Below, piece after piece: positions 38,783-48,178 of a stretch of 64,000 bases of DNA; the first letter of the stretch is position 1, and each line of letters opens with the position of its first letter. The notes below the pieces were generated by a model, which was not told the DNA's origin, ran no database searches, and was given only the letters and a program-made list of their open reading frames with translations. A program made the translations under genes and the position numbers. This DNA comes from an uncultured delta proteobacterium. Lineage in GTDB: Bacteria > Myxococcota_A > Polyangia > Fen-1088. The stretch lies in contig CAVWIP010000010.1 in the NCBI GenBank assembly GCA_963755125.1, positions 384,001 through 448,000 on the forward strand. Reading direction: 5' to 3'.

Positions 38783-41700
38783 CTATTGGGCGAGCAGCCC
38801 GTTCACGACCGGCACAGCCACGGACGTCACCGTCGCGGTAGCTTGAGTTAGGCCGGGGCTGGTGGCGGTTAGCGTGATAGTCCCGGGGGTCATCTGCGAA
38901 CGAATGAAGACTCGATTGATTCCGCCCTCGGTGTACAGGTAGAGGTTGTTGGTCGAATTGGTCATGCTTTCGTTGACCCCGCCGCGCCAGGTTCCGGGAC
39001 CGGTCACGGCGAAAGTAATCTTGGGCTCGTTGACTGGTGTGTTGTCCGTTGCCTTGGTGGTGGGGCCGTAGGTGGGAACCCGCTCTCCGTTCGCATCCAC
39101 GACCTCGACGTCGAACATGGCCACGTCCGCGCCGTTGGCCAGGAACCCGCCGGGAGCAGTGTAGGGCGTGAGCTTGATGGCGGCGGCCGGCCCAGCCGTG
39201 GTCAGCGTGTGCTGGCAAACCTGCTTGCCGGTGGCGTCGTACCCCACAGCCTGGACGGTGCCCGAGGCGAAAGCGACGTTCGCCCAACTATACTGATATC
39301 CATTGGTGGTTTTGGTCACCTTCCCTTGTGACGTGCCGTTGACCAGCAGGTCCACCGACGAGACGTTGTTGGCCACTACGTACATGGTCTTCTTCGTTCC
39401 CGCCGGATAGGTCCAGTGCCCGATGATGTGTATGTCAGGCTGCGTGTTGCCAACGACACGGAACGCGTAGTAGATTTCTTTTGGCAGCCGCACCGCGTCA
39501 ACCTTGCCGCCCACGCGACAGACACAACTGCTGTCCTCACGTCCGTCGGCATTCTCGTCCGCGAAGTAGATTGAGGCGTAACCTGCGTAGAAAGAATTCG
39601 TGGCATCCGTGTTGCGGATGGTTTCAACATTCAGCCAGTCGTTGAGCCGGGCCACTTGCCCCGAGTCGTCCGCAGTACCATCGCCTATCGCGAAGACCTC
39701 GGAAGTCTCGTTATACGTGTCCAGCGGCCCTGGTATGAAGCCGCCAACGTGCGGGGGCGAGTACTGGTCCCAGATTCCGCGCAAGGACTCATCGCGGAAA
39801 TCTTCTTCTTCGATGCAGGGACCCTTATCCCGGAACCCAGTGGAGCAGCCTCGGAAGATCGCACTGGTGGGGGGACTTCCATTGTAGGCGACCATTGTGC
39901 CATACCAATCGGCATAGGGTTCGGCTCCTACGTCTGGCGTGTCGCGGTCACCAACACCGCGGCCACCGTTCGGATCCAGGGTGTTTCTGAGAGTCTGTAG
40001 CGCCTGCAACTGGGTATCGGAAACACTGCCATTGCCCGCCTCATACATGAAAGCGCTCGGATTGTTCCGCACGTAGATCATGCTGGACTGAAAAACGCCC
40101 ATCCTCGCCGTCCACTGGGCATCCGTCGGATCGGTCACCTCCTTGTCGGCACCCGGCACAATGCTGATTATGCCGTACTTGTCACCTGATCTGAGGTCTG
40201 CGATCTGGGTCGTGACGTGCATCCAGCGAATGTAGTTGGCGTTGGCACCCCGGATCAGATTGGCGTGGAAGTCGTGCATCCAGTCCGGTACCGCCTGGCC
40301 GAGGCCTGCCCATGAGTTGGTCGTGCGTTGGGCGAATCCAAGAAGATAGACAAACCGACCATTGACGTAAACTCCGCCCGTACCTGCACCTCCCTTGAAT
40401 TGAACCTGGCGGAAACCCGTGAGCGTGCTTCTGCCATTGACCACGGTCCCGCCCACAGTGATCGTCGTTTGGACATTGTAGAGATTCGGATACAAGTCAC
40501 TCCACAGCTTCGCTCCCGTCAACGGCCCGCTCGCCGTGAGTATTGTGGTTCCAGTCGTCGGCAGGGACGTTGCAGTTCCTGAGAATGAGGTCAGCGTCGT
40601 GCCTGTGGCTGCGTCGACGACTTTGACGTTTAGTGTCGCACTCGCCGCGCTGCCCGATTCGTTGCTCACCTCGGATTCCACGTTCAGCGTCAGATCGCCC
40701 GTGTCACCCTGCGCGGTGTTGTTGGTGATATTGGCGTAGCCAGTGCCGTAGATGTAAATGCCCTGCGTTTGCAGGTTCTGGTAGAGCGGATAGGTCTGAT
40801 AAATCTTGCCCGGCACGTGCAGCCAGACATGCCCTGTCAATCCGCCGTAATCCGGGTAGGTGGCATTCGCGTTCCAATACTCGCCGCCCCCGCCGTTGTC
40901 GACGGCAACCGCGAGAACGTTGTCGGTGGTCCCGTCAGCTTTGACATTCGCGGTGATATCGATGCCGACTGGTGAGACACCGTCGCTGAAGGTTCCGACC
41001 TGTGTTCCGTTGATATAGAAGGTGGCACTTTCCCGAACCCGTTCGAACTCGACGATGAACTTGTTGCCAGCGAATGTGGCGGGAACCGTGAAATGCTTGC
41101 GGTACCACGCCGGTCCGGCGTACATACCGTGGTCTCCGCCGCTGTGGTCGATGAGAACTCTGTAAGAATCGACGTCGTTGTAGGTGTGAGGCGTGCTGAC
41201 CGAAGTCCAACCAGTCTCGGTGAAGGTTGTAGCCTGGGCCCCGCTTACGTCCTGCTTGATGAACATCCAGCCCGGGTCCATGCTGTACTCGGCTTCGCTC
41301 GGAGGAACAGGGCTGCCGCCGGTGTTGATGCCCCCGATGGGTGTGCCGCCAGTGGCCACGCCACCTGTGGGCGAGCCACCGGAAACTGTGCCGCCGCTGG
41401 CTCGGCCAGCGCTGCCGCCAGCAGGGCTCCCACCAGAAGCCGAACTACCGGCTCGTCCACCGGCCGGGCCGCCGCCAGCAACCGTGCCAGCACCAGGCTG
41501 ACTGCTTTGGCCACCGCCTGGGTTGCCAGCGCCGGGCTGACTGGTCTGACCGCCAGCAACCGTGCCCCCGCCGGGCTGACTGGTCTGCCCGCCACCTGGG
41601 CTGCCAGCGCCGGGCTGACTGGTCTGCCCGCCACCTGGGCTGCCAGCGCCGGGCTGACTGGTCTGCCCGCCGGCCGGGCTGCCGGCGCCGGGCTGACTGG

Positions 41701-41878
41701 TATGCCCGCCGGTAGCCGTGCCACCACCGGGCTGACTGGTCTGCCCGCCGCCGGACTGGCTGGTCTGCCCGGCGACTGGATTGCTACTACCGGTGCTTCC
41801 GCCGGAATTGCTCGAACAGGCGGCAGCAACTAGCGTCGCTGAGCAGAGGATGGTCAAAAGGACACGTTGTCTTTGCAT
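38783..41878 (-). CDS. GH2-like glycosidase lipoprotein (DUF4982-type)
   Basis: AAAC lipobox, repeat linker, PHTYND, WYRKHF, GFAQR..WAGLG, RWMH, RNNPS, G.VDAVRLPK, IIGHWTYP, DVEVVD. Confidence 0.85.
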   Translation of the reverse strand: MQRQRVLLTILCSATLVAAACSSNSGGSTGSSNPVAGQTSQSGGGQTSQPGGGTATGGHTSQPGAGSPAGGQTSQPGAGSPGGGQTSQPGAGSPGGGQTSQPGGGTVAGGQTSQPGAGNPGGGQSSQPGAGTVAGGGPAGGRAGSSASGGSPAGGSAGRASGGTVSGGSPTGGVATGGTPIGGINTGGSPVPPSEAEYSMDPGWMFIKQDVSGAQATTFTETGWTSVSTPHTYNDVDSYRVLIDHSGGDHGMYAGPAWYRKHFTVPATFAGNKFIVEFERVRESATFYINGTQVGTFSDGVSPVGIDITANVKADGTTDNVLAVAVDNGGGGEYWNANATYPDYGGLTGHVWLHVPGKIYQTYPLYQNLQTQGIYIYGTGYANITNNTAQGDTGDLTLNVESEVSNESGSAASATLNVKVVDAATGTTLTSFSGTATSLPTTGTTILTASGPLTGAKLWSDLYPNLYNVQTTITVGGTVVNGRSTLTGFRQVQFKGGAGTGGVYVNGRFVYLLGFAQRTTNSWAGLGQAVPDWMHDFHANLIRGANANYIRWMHVTTQIADLRSGDKYGIISIVPGADKEVTDPTDAQWTARMGVFQSSMIYVRNNPSAFMYEAGNGSVSDTQLQALQTLRNTLDPNGGRGVGDRDTPDVGAEPYADWYGTMVAYNGSPPTSAIFRGCSTGFRDKGPCIEEEDFRDESLRGIWDQYSPPHVGGFIPGPLDTYNETSEVFAIGDGTADDSGQVARLNDWLNVETIRNTDATNSFYAGYASIYFADENADGREDSSCVCRVGGKVDAVRLPKEIYYAFRVVGNTQPDIHIIGHWTYPAGTKKTMYVVANNVSSVDLLVNGTSQGKVTKTTNGYQYSWANVAFASGTVQAVGYDATGKQVCQHTLTTAGPAAAIKLTPYTAPGGFLANGADVAMFDVEVVDANGERVPTYGPTTKATDNTPVNEPKITFAVTGPGTWRGGVNESMTNSTNNLYLYTEGGINRVFIRSQMTPGTITLTATSPGLTQATATVTSVAVPVVNGLLAQ
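41478..41752 (-). repeat. Intragenic 39-bp tandem repeat (GGQTSQPGAGSPx) x7
   Basis: Repeated GGGCTGACTGGTCTG on the + strand at 39-bp spacing. Confidence 0.92.
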
Positions 41879-42157
41879 GAAGAACTCCTTCTAGGTGTTA
41901 AGGGGGAGCAAAGGACTAAAAAGGGTCATTGGGGGCCATCCCAAAGGGGACCGCTGGCCGAAATTGGGAAGCAGAGCGGGCGAAATCCGCTTAAGTTCCT
42001 GAAATCATGTGGTCGAAGCTCGTAGGTCTGCGCGGCAAATAGGCCCGCGGACTCCGTTAGCGTGCAGAAATTCATCGCCGCTCTCATGCGGCCGCACGGC
42101 CGTACGATGAAAGCGCTCGGTTAGACGGTGCTCGACGAATTCCTTTCAAGAAGCTCA

Positions 42158-42236
42158 TCCTCGCGAATGCATGCGCGAAGCGCGCGGGTGAGTAGGAAGC
42201 GGGCTGTCCCGACGTCCCCTCGTGGGGAGCCTGGCG
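42158..42236 (+). repeat. Degenerate partial third copy of the dispersed repeat
   Basis: GCGCGAAGCGCGCGGGTGAGTAGGAAGCGGGCTGTCCCGACGTCCCCTCGTGGGGAGCCTGGCG aligns with about 224-293. Confidence 0.65.
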
Positions 42237-42366
42237 AGAAATACCCCAGGCGTGGCTAGGCGATTACCCAGCACGCGTGTTCCCTGGCCGATGCTGAACT
42301 GGCTGCGGAAGACGCCAGGATCTTCAGCGTTGGACGCCCGAAGACATTACCTCGGGGCATCACTCA

Positions 42367-43074
42367 TCAGTGAACACTTGAACAGGTACACCGGATGTCC
42401 ACATAGGGATCCATATCCCCGTGTGTGGCGTCGTCGCAGTTCCAAAGACAAATGGCATCCTCACACGTTGAGTTGGGGTTTACGTCGAGTCCGGCGGGCG
42501 ACCACTGGTTCAAAGGGGAGTTTGGCTTCGCGCAAACGAAGTCAGCGGACGAGGAGAAGCTTGGATCAGTCGCGACGCAAACCATCATCGCTGTGTACTG
42601 TCGTCCCAAATCCGGATTGACAGCGGAAGTATTGTTGAAGGTAGTCGTGCAGTTCGACACGCACACATCTTGCGTGGTGGAGCAACCCTGCAAATTATAA
42701 GCAAGGGCGCAATTATGTGCACAAGCTTGGGCCAATCCCATTGTAGACGTTCCGGTTGCCCCAGCGGCCGAAGTACCACCAGATGAGGTTGTGCCTCCGG
42801 TCGTTGCCGAACCGCCTGTGGCGGAAGCACTGCCCGTAACACTAGTGCCACCAGTCGCCGTGGCGCCGCCGGCCGTCGCGCTTGTCCCGCCGGTTGCCGA
42901 GGCGCCCCCAGCCGCAGTCGTTCCGCCAGCCGCAGTCGTTCCACCCGTAGAGGCGCTGCTGGCAGTACCAGTGGTGCCGCCCTTGGCCTCTGTCGAGTTG
43001 CCGCTGCCGCAGGCCAAGACACAAGAAGCTACGCCCAATACTAGAACCAGTGATCCAACGTTATTTTTCATCAT
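42367..43074 (-). CDS. Cys-rich lipoprotein with Gly/Thr linker, unknown function
   Basis: VLAC lipobox, GGTTAA repeats, C-terminal domain with about 12 Cys. Confidence 0.8.
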   Translation of the reverse strand: MMKNNVGSLVLVLGVASCVLACGSGNSTEAKGGTTGTASSASTGGTTAAGGTTAAGGASATGGTSATAGGATATGGTSVTGSASATGGSATTGGTTSSGGTSAAGATGTSTMGLAQACAHNCALAYNLQGCSTTQDVCVSNCTTTFNNTSAVNPDLGRQYTAMMVCVATDPSFSSSADFVCAKPNSPLNQWSPAGLDVNPNSTCEDAICLWNCDDATHGDMDPYVDIRCTCSSVH

Positions 43075-43250
43075 GGAATCCCTCACTGAAAACGAAAGTA
43101 GCCGAGCATGGTGCTTGTCGCAAGAGACTTCTTCGCCGTCTGACCTCGACGGGGTTGAACGGCCGCAAGAACTCATTGTTGTGGATAAGGGGCTGCCATC
43201 CGGTAAGACGGGTCAACGGCGGTCGAAAAAAAAGAGAGGTAGGGCGACGT

Positions 43251-44354
43251 CTATAACGCGAAACCGAATCGCACGGCGGCAAAAGGCCGCCAACGCCAGG
43301 GTGTCCACAAGACGCCGGCTCCGTCGGATCGGTCCACGAGGTACCGGGTGGCCAGGAGGTCAAAATCCACGCCAACGCGTAGGGAGACAACCACGACACC
43401 AAAGGTCTGCTCGAGCGTGGCCATGGCGAGAACCAGGGGATCGGTCGCCCATGAGGCCGGCCGTGCACCGGTTCCGTTGGGTGTCACATGCGTTGCGTCT
43501 ACCCCGGCTCCCAGCCCAAACGATGCTGAGAGACCTGAAGTGATGGCGGTTGGAAAGGCCACAGACATCCGAATTCCAGATGAGAGGAAGCGCAAGTCCA
43601 CCTCGTCGCGGGTGACGGTCCGAGGAAACTGCTGGAGCAGGTTCACACCCAGTCGAAGCCGAGGCCAGCGCCGTTCCGCACCCAGTTCCGGACCATTCGC
43701 GACGGAATCGGCCGAAAGCATGGTGGCAGAGTAGCCGGCCATGATCGCCCATCTGGGCCGCGGGCTTGTCGCTGGCGGTGACGGTGGTGGGGGCGGGGGC
43801 GGTGACGGTGGCGGTGGCGGTGATGTCACCGGGGCTGGCGCCAGGGAGCGCTCGAACTCGTCGCGGCTGACGCCCAGGGCGCGCCCCTTCAAGATGGCCT
43901 CCACAGAGCTGTCCACCACCAGGCGAATCAACTCTAGCTCGACCACGTCCGGATCCGGGTGAACCGCCAGCGGGCGCACATAGACGAGCCCGCTTCGCAC
44001 ATCTAGGAGATACATCGCGGGTGGGCCTGCGGTCAGGTCCAGCCACAGGTGCGCGACGGGTCCGGTGGGAGAGCGATCGAGGGGGCAGCGGGCGACGTCG
44101 AGCGGATCGATCCGGTCCGCGCTGACTGCGACGAGGTCCACGCCCTGGCGGTCGAGGGTACTGCGAAGCACGGCGAGAACTCTGTCGCTGGCTGTCGGAT
44201 CGCCAGCCAGCACCGCATTGATATGCTCCCGCTCCTGCGCTGCCCCGGCTCGCGGCAGCGCAGCGACTGCGCCGACCAGCAGAAAGAGCAAGCCGACCCG
44301 CTCGGGACGTGCGGGGCTTGGCGCAGTCGCAACGCCGTTTTTCCGACCGCTCAC
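43251..44354 (-). CDS. Secreted protein: N-terminal domain, poly-Pro linker, probable small outer-membrane beta-barrel
   Basis: Signal-like LLFLLVGAVAALPRAGAA, poly-Pro stretch, amphipathic strands ending PFAAVRFGFAL. GTG start is uncertain. Confidence 0.65.
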   Translation of the reverse strand: MSGRKNGVATAPSPARPERVGLLFLLVGAVAALPRAGAAQEREHINAVLAGDPTASDRVLAVLRSTLDRQGVDLVAVSADRIDPLDVARCPLDRSPTGPVAHLWLDLTAGPPAMYLLDVRSGLVYVRPLAVHPDPDVVELELIRLVVDSSVEAILKGRALGVSRDEFERSLAPAPVTSPPPPPSPPPPPPPSPPATSPRPRWAIMAGYSATMLSADSVANGPELGAERRWPRLRLGVNLLQQFPRTVTRDEVDLRFLSSGIRMSVAFPTAITSGLSASFGLGAGVDATHVTPNGTGARPASWATDPLVLAMATLEQTFGVVVVSLRVGVDFDLLATRYLVDRSDGAGVLWTPWRWRPFAAVRFGFAL

Positions 44355-44367
44355 GCCCAGACCACGC

Positions 44368-45264
44368 TCAGCGAGAATGCTCGATGCCAGGGACCGCTTC
44401 CTGCGAGCGGCGGATCTGGGACAAGCGCTCTTTGGCCTGGCTGGCGTAGACGGTTCCGGGGTGGGAATCGAGCAACCTCTGCCAGGTTTCGCGCTCGGCG
44501 GGAAGGCGCCCCATCTGTCCCAGCGCCGTCGCGCGGCCAGCCAGGGCTTCTTCCGAGGCCTCTCCCCCATTTGCCAGGTGCTGATCAAATTGAACGAGGG
44601 CCTGGGCAGGGCGCCCGCGGTCGAGCAGCATGCGGCCAGCCACGGCGTACGAGATCCGACTCTCGCGCGTCTTGGGGAAAAGCTGCTGCAGTTTGCGAAA
44701 AACCGCGATGGCTTCGTCCACCCGGTTGCGGTCGCGTAAGCTGGATGCCTGCTCGAACAGCGAGGCGGCGCTGGGCTGCACGCGCGGCGCCCGGGGAAGA
44801 CTGGGGCGTTCGTCCATGATTTCAGCCGGCAATGACGAGGGCGATTCCGACACAGCCATCGCCAGCTGCGCGGGCGTCCGCTTGGCAGGTCGTCCCACAG
44901 TGACAAGCACCGGCTCGCGAGCGGAATCTTGCCTGGGCCACAGCGCCGCGCTCGCCACACCACCCACAGCCAGCAACAGTCCGGCGGTTGCCAACACCCA
45001 ATGTCTTCGGCCGGGCGAAAAAACCGCCCATGGCCAGCGCGCGCGGCCGAACTGAGCCAACGCCTGATCCACGGCCAGGCCGTTCAAACGGCTGCCCCAG
45101 GGCTGCGGCACACAGGCCTCTTGCGCCGAGCGAACCAGAGCCAGATGAGCCTCGCATGCGCTGCAGGTAGCGAGGTGCTGAGCCAGTGCCCGCTGTTCGC
45201 TCTCGGATATCTCGCCCTTGAGGGCCCGGTCGATGGCCTCCTCGGGATGCAGGTCGAGATTCAT
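44368..45264 (-). CDS. zf-HC2 anti-sigma factor with TM and C-terminal TPR
   Basis: HLATCSAC (HxxxCxxC), TM WVLATAGLLLAVGGVASAAL, TPR-like C-terminus. Start overlaps the sigma gene stop. Confidence 0.85.
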   Translation of the reverse strand: MNLDLHPEEAIDRALKGEISESEQRALAQHLATCSACEAHLALVRSAQEACVPQPWGSRLNGLAVDQALAQFGRARWPWAVFSPGRRHWVLATAGLLLAVGGVASAALWPRQDSAREPVLVTVGRPAKRTPAQLAMAVSESPSSLPAEIMDERPSLPRAPRVQPSAASLFEQASSLRDRNRVDEAIAVFRKLQQLFPKTRESRISYAVAGRMLLDRGRPAQALVQFDQHLANGGEASEEALAGRATALGQMGRLPAERETWQRLLDSHPGTVYASQAKERLSQIRRSQEAVPGIEHSR

Positions 45265-45878
45265 GCTCGGCCTTTCCAACCGCCAGCTTCCCCGTCGAGC
45301 CGACGGCGCAGGTAGTCCTTGGCCAAACGCAGGCGGCTTTTGGTCGTGTTGACCGGAACCTGTGTGGCCACGGCAATCTCTTCCACCGAGCAACCCAGAA
45401 CCATGCGCATGAGAACAGTCTCGGCCTGCACAGCCGACAGCTCGTCGATCAGCGCGCGTACCAGCCACAGGTTGGGAAAAGCGTCATCCCCCTCGGCCAA
45501 GTTCGGGACGAAAGTCTGCTCGGCGAGGGTGCGCAGCCGCTGCTCTCGGCTTCGTGCGCGCTTGCGCGCGGCGATGGACGCCCGCAGCGCGATGCGGTTG
45601 GTGTAGTGGACGATCGCGCCCTCGACGCGGTACTTGGGCAGGGCGCGCAGGATCTCTATCAGGCATTCCTGGACCGTATCCTCCAAGTCGACGTGGCCAG
45701 CCCCCAATACGCCGCGACAGACGTTTCGCACCGAGGGTGCGATGGCTTCCAAGAACGTGCGCATGGCTCCGGGGTCGCGCGACCGGGCCGCCAACGCCAG
45801 CGCGGTCGGATCGGACTCGTCCCTCTCGGACGCGTGCACCTCGGCGGCGAATCGCACTGTGCTTCCCGCAAAGGGCAT
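45261..45878 (-). CDS. ECF RNA polymerase sigma factor
   Basis: Region 2 DLEDTVQE; region 4 G.SVEEIA..VPVNTTKSRLRLAK. Confidence 0.9.
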   Translation of the reverse strand: MPFAGSTVRFAAEVHASERDESDPTALALAARSRDPGAMRTFLEAIAPSVRNVCRGVLGAGHVDLEDTVQECLIEILRALPKYRVEGAIVHYTNRIALRASIAARKRARSREQRLRTLAEQTFVPNLAEGDDAFPNLWLVRALIDELSAVQAETVLMRMVLGCSVEEIAVATQVPVNTTKSRLRLAKDYLRRRLDGEAGGWKGRA

Positions 45879-45933
45879 ACCCAATTGTAGCGCCGAAAGA
45901 TGCGAGATTGTCAACCTATTGGTCGGGTGAACC

Positions 45934-46815
45934 TCACCGCCATGCTTCATAGATGAAGCCGGGCTCGCCGACAGCCTCCCTGCTGAAGAGAATATGGGCC
46001 CCGTCCTGAGACACCCAGGGATAGCGCTCCGAGACACTCGTGTTGAGAGAGTCCAAGGGAATCGGCGTGCCGGAAAAAGGCGTGGCCAGGTCGGGTCGGC
46101 TGACTTCGACGAGATCCCAGGTTCTTCCGCTGGTGGGGGCTCGAGAGCTCCAGATGAGAGAAAGCGAATCGTGGAAGAGCGCGGGATCCGCGTCCGCCAT
46201 GCCCGAGTTGATGCCAGAGAGAGCCTGGACATTTCCCCAGGATTTAGTCGGGTCGGTACGGGACGCGGAGTAGAGGCTGAAGTCTTCAGTGCCCTGCGGC
46301 GCGGAGCAAAAAGTCATGAAGAGTCCGCTGGGATCCACGCTGGGTCCCCTGACGTCTAGGGTGGACGAGCTAAGCCCATCCACCAGCGTAAGGGTACCCC
46401 ACGGCTGTCCCCTGGCTTTTCGCTGCGAGACGAAGGGTTGGTATCCCGCGCCCGCTCGGTCACTCGCAAAGTAGAGGGTGAGGCCATCACCGGACACCTC
46501 TGGATCCTGGTCGTTGCCAGAGCCCGTGATTTCTGTCACAATCGTGGCCGCGTTCCACGGTGCATCCCTTGTGGTCCGCGTGCTGGCCCAGATGTGGAAG
46601 TCCGACTCACCCGCCTGTTGGCAGGAAAGATAGATCTCCAATTCATCGCTAGTGAGCGAGGGACCGCGGGCGCCGGTCGTGTCGCTGACCAAGCCCGTGA
46701 CCAGCGTCGGCGCGGAAAAGGGAAGCCACTGGTCTGCCACCACCCGGTCTGCCTTCATGCAGCCCATCGTCCCGAGCAGTATTCCGGCCACGGTGCCGAT
46801 CTGTCGGCCTGTCAT
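45934..46815 (-). CDS. PD40/TolB-like beta-propeller lipoprotein
   Basis: TMGC lipobox and repeats PSLTSDELEIY, PEVSGDGLTLYFASDR, PWVSQDG..ILFSR. Confidence 0.82.
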   Translation of the reverse strand: MTGRQIGTVAGILLGTMGCMKADRVVADQWLPFSAPTLVTGLVSDTTGARGPSLTSDELEIYLSCQQAGESDFHIWASTRTTRDAPWNAATIVTEITGSGNDQDPEVSGDGLTLYFASDRAGAGYQPFVSQRKARGQPWGTLTLVDGLSSSTLDVRGPSVDPSGLFMTFCSAPQGTEDFSLYSASRTDPTKSWGNVQALSGINSGMADADPALFHDSLSLIWSSRAPTSGRTWDLVEVSRPDLATPFSGTPIPLDSLNTSVSERYPWVSQDGAHILFSREAVGEPGFIYEAWR

Positions 46816-46991
46816 CCCGCACAGTATGACCTCGCTTTGCGAAGTATTGTAGCCCTCGCGCTCAGAAACCTGATAGGCCTGCCTTCGTCGTGGCCGACAG
46901 ACATGCGTTTCGGCCGGAGGGCAACGGCGGTAGTCTTGCGAGATCGGCGGCATCCTGCCGCGCTCTCCAGCGGTCGCTCCACGCGGGAGTC

Positions 46992-48167
46992 TCACATCGC
47001 TGCCACGCGACCCAGCAACCTTGCCACGCCTTCGGCGAATACCTGCTCGTCCACGATGAGACTGAGCACCAGGGTGGCGCCCATGCTCAAGTCGAAGAAG
47101 TAGCCCGGTTGCACCAAGACCCCGTCCTTCTCAACCAGTGTGCTGGCCCAGGCCTCGTCGCTCATGATTTCCGGCACACGCAAGATGGCGCACCAACCGG
47201 CCTCCGCGGGCAGCAGTGTGCAGGGCGAATGCGCGCCCAGAGCTTTGAGCAAAACCTGCCGGTTGCGCTGCACGCGTTCGAGAATCTGGCGACGGATAGC
47301 CGCACCGGCCTGCAACAGGCCAGGCAAGGCCATTTGCACCGGCGTCCCCACTGACAGGTACGTATCGGCGATCAGTTCCAGGCGCGCCAGCGCGTCGCGG
47401 ACCAAGGAGACTGGCCCGGTGGCCGCAATCCAGCCCAACTTGAGGTGAGGCAACCCGCACGACTTGGACAGTCCGCCCAGCGAGAACACCAGCGCGGGTG
47501 AGGGCTGGCCCGCAGCCGCAGTGACCGCGCCGGCAGACGGCGCGAGCGGGAAGTCGGCAAATACCTCGTCGACAATCAGCGCTCGACCGTGCTCGGCCAC
47601 TAGCCCGGCAAGACGATGGAAATCGTCGCTGGAAACGAAGGAACCGGTGGGATTGTTGGGGCTGACCAAAATGATGGCAGCACCGTTGGTGAAATCCAGG
47701 CTGTCGAAGTCGATGTGCCAGCGCCCATCGAAGCGCAGCCGGTAGGGCCGCGGGTTGAGGCTCTCGAGACGGGCCAGGTACTCGAACAGTGGATAGCTCG
47801 GCTCGGGGCACAGCACGCTCTGGCCTGGATCGCCGAGCAACTTGAAAAGCAGAGCGTACGATTCGCTGGAGCTGGCGGTGAGAGCCACTTGACTGACGTC
47901 CAACCCGACCCCGCGACGGGCGTAGTCCGCCGCCACGGCCGCGCGCGCGCCGGGCAAACCGAGGGGCGCAGGCTGATAGGGGCTGCCTGCAACTTCGGCA
48001 AAGGCCCGCGTGATCTCCTCATCGGGGTAGCGCAGACCCACGTGCGTGGGGTTGCTGACAGTCAAATCCAAGAGGGGCCGGCCCGCGGCGCGGGCCGCCG
48101 ACTCGGCGCGAGCCAGGGCGTTTTCTGCCGTGGCCCAGTCAAGGCGTCGGGAAAACAGGCGCTGCAT
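46992..48167 (-). CDS. PLP-dependent aminotransferase class I/II
   Basis: PSYP, VSPNNPTG, IVDEVF, GLSKS.GLP.LKLGW. Confidence 0.92.
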   Translation of the reverse strand: MQRLFSRRLDWATAENALARAESAARAAGRPLLDLTVSNPTHVGLRYPDEEITRAFAEVAGSPYQPAPLGLPGARAAVAADYARRGVGLDVSQVALTASSSESYALLFKLLGDPGQSVLCPEPSYPLFEYLARLESLNPRPYRLRFDGRWHIDFDSLDFTNGAAIILVSPNNPTGSFVSSDDFHRLAGLVAEHGRALIVDEVFADFPLAPSAGAVTAAAGQPSPALVFSLGGLSKSCGLPHLKLGWIAATGPVSLVRDALARLELIADTYLSVGTPVQMALPGLLQAGAAIRRQILERVQRNRQVLLKALGAHSPCTLLPAEAGWCAILRVPEIMSDEAWASTLVEKDGVLVQPGYFFDLSMGATLVLSLIVDEQVFAEGVARLLGRVAAM

Positions 48168-48178
48168 GCGCTCGCCCC

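Noticed and set aside
41880..42360. Riboswitch or LacI-type operator (TGAAAGCGCTC) in the long intergenic region
   Set aside because: No riboswitch consensus recognised, the operator is only a half match, and no LacI gene is nearby; an Rfam scan would be needed.
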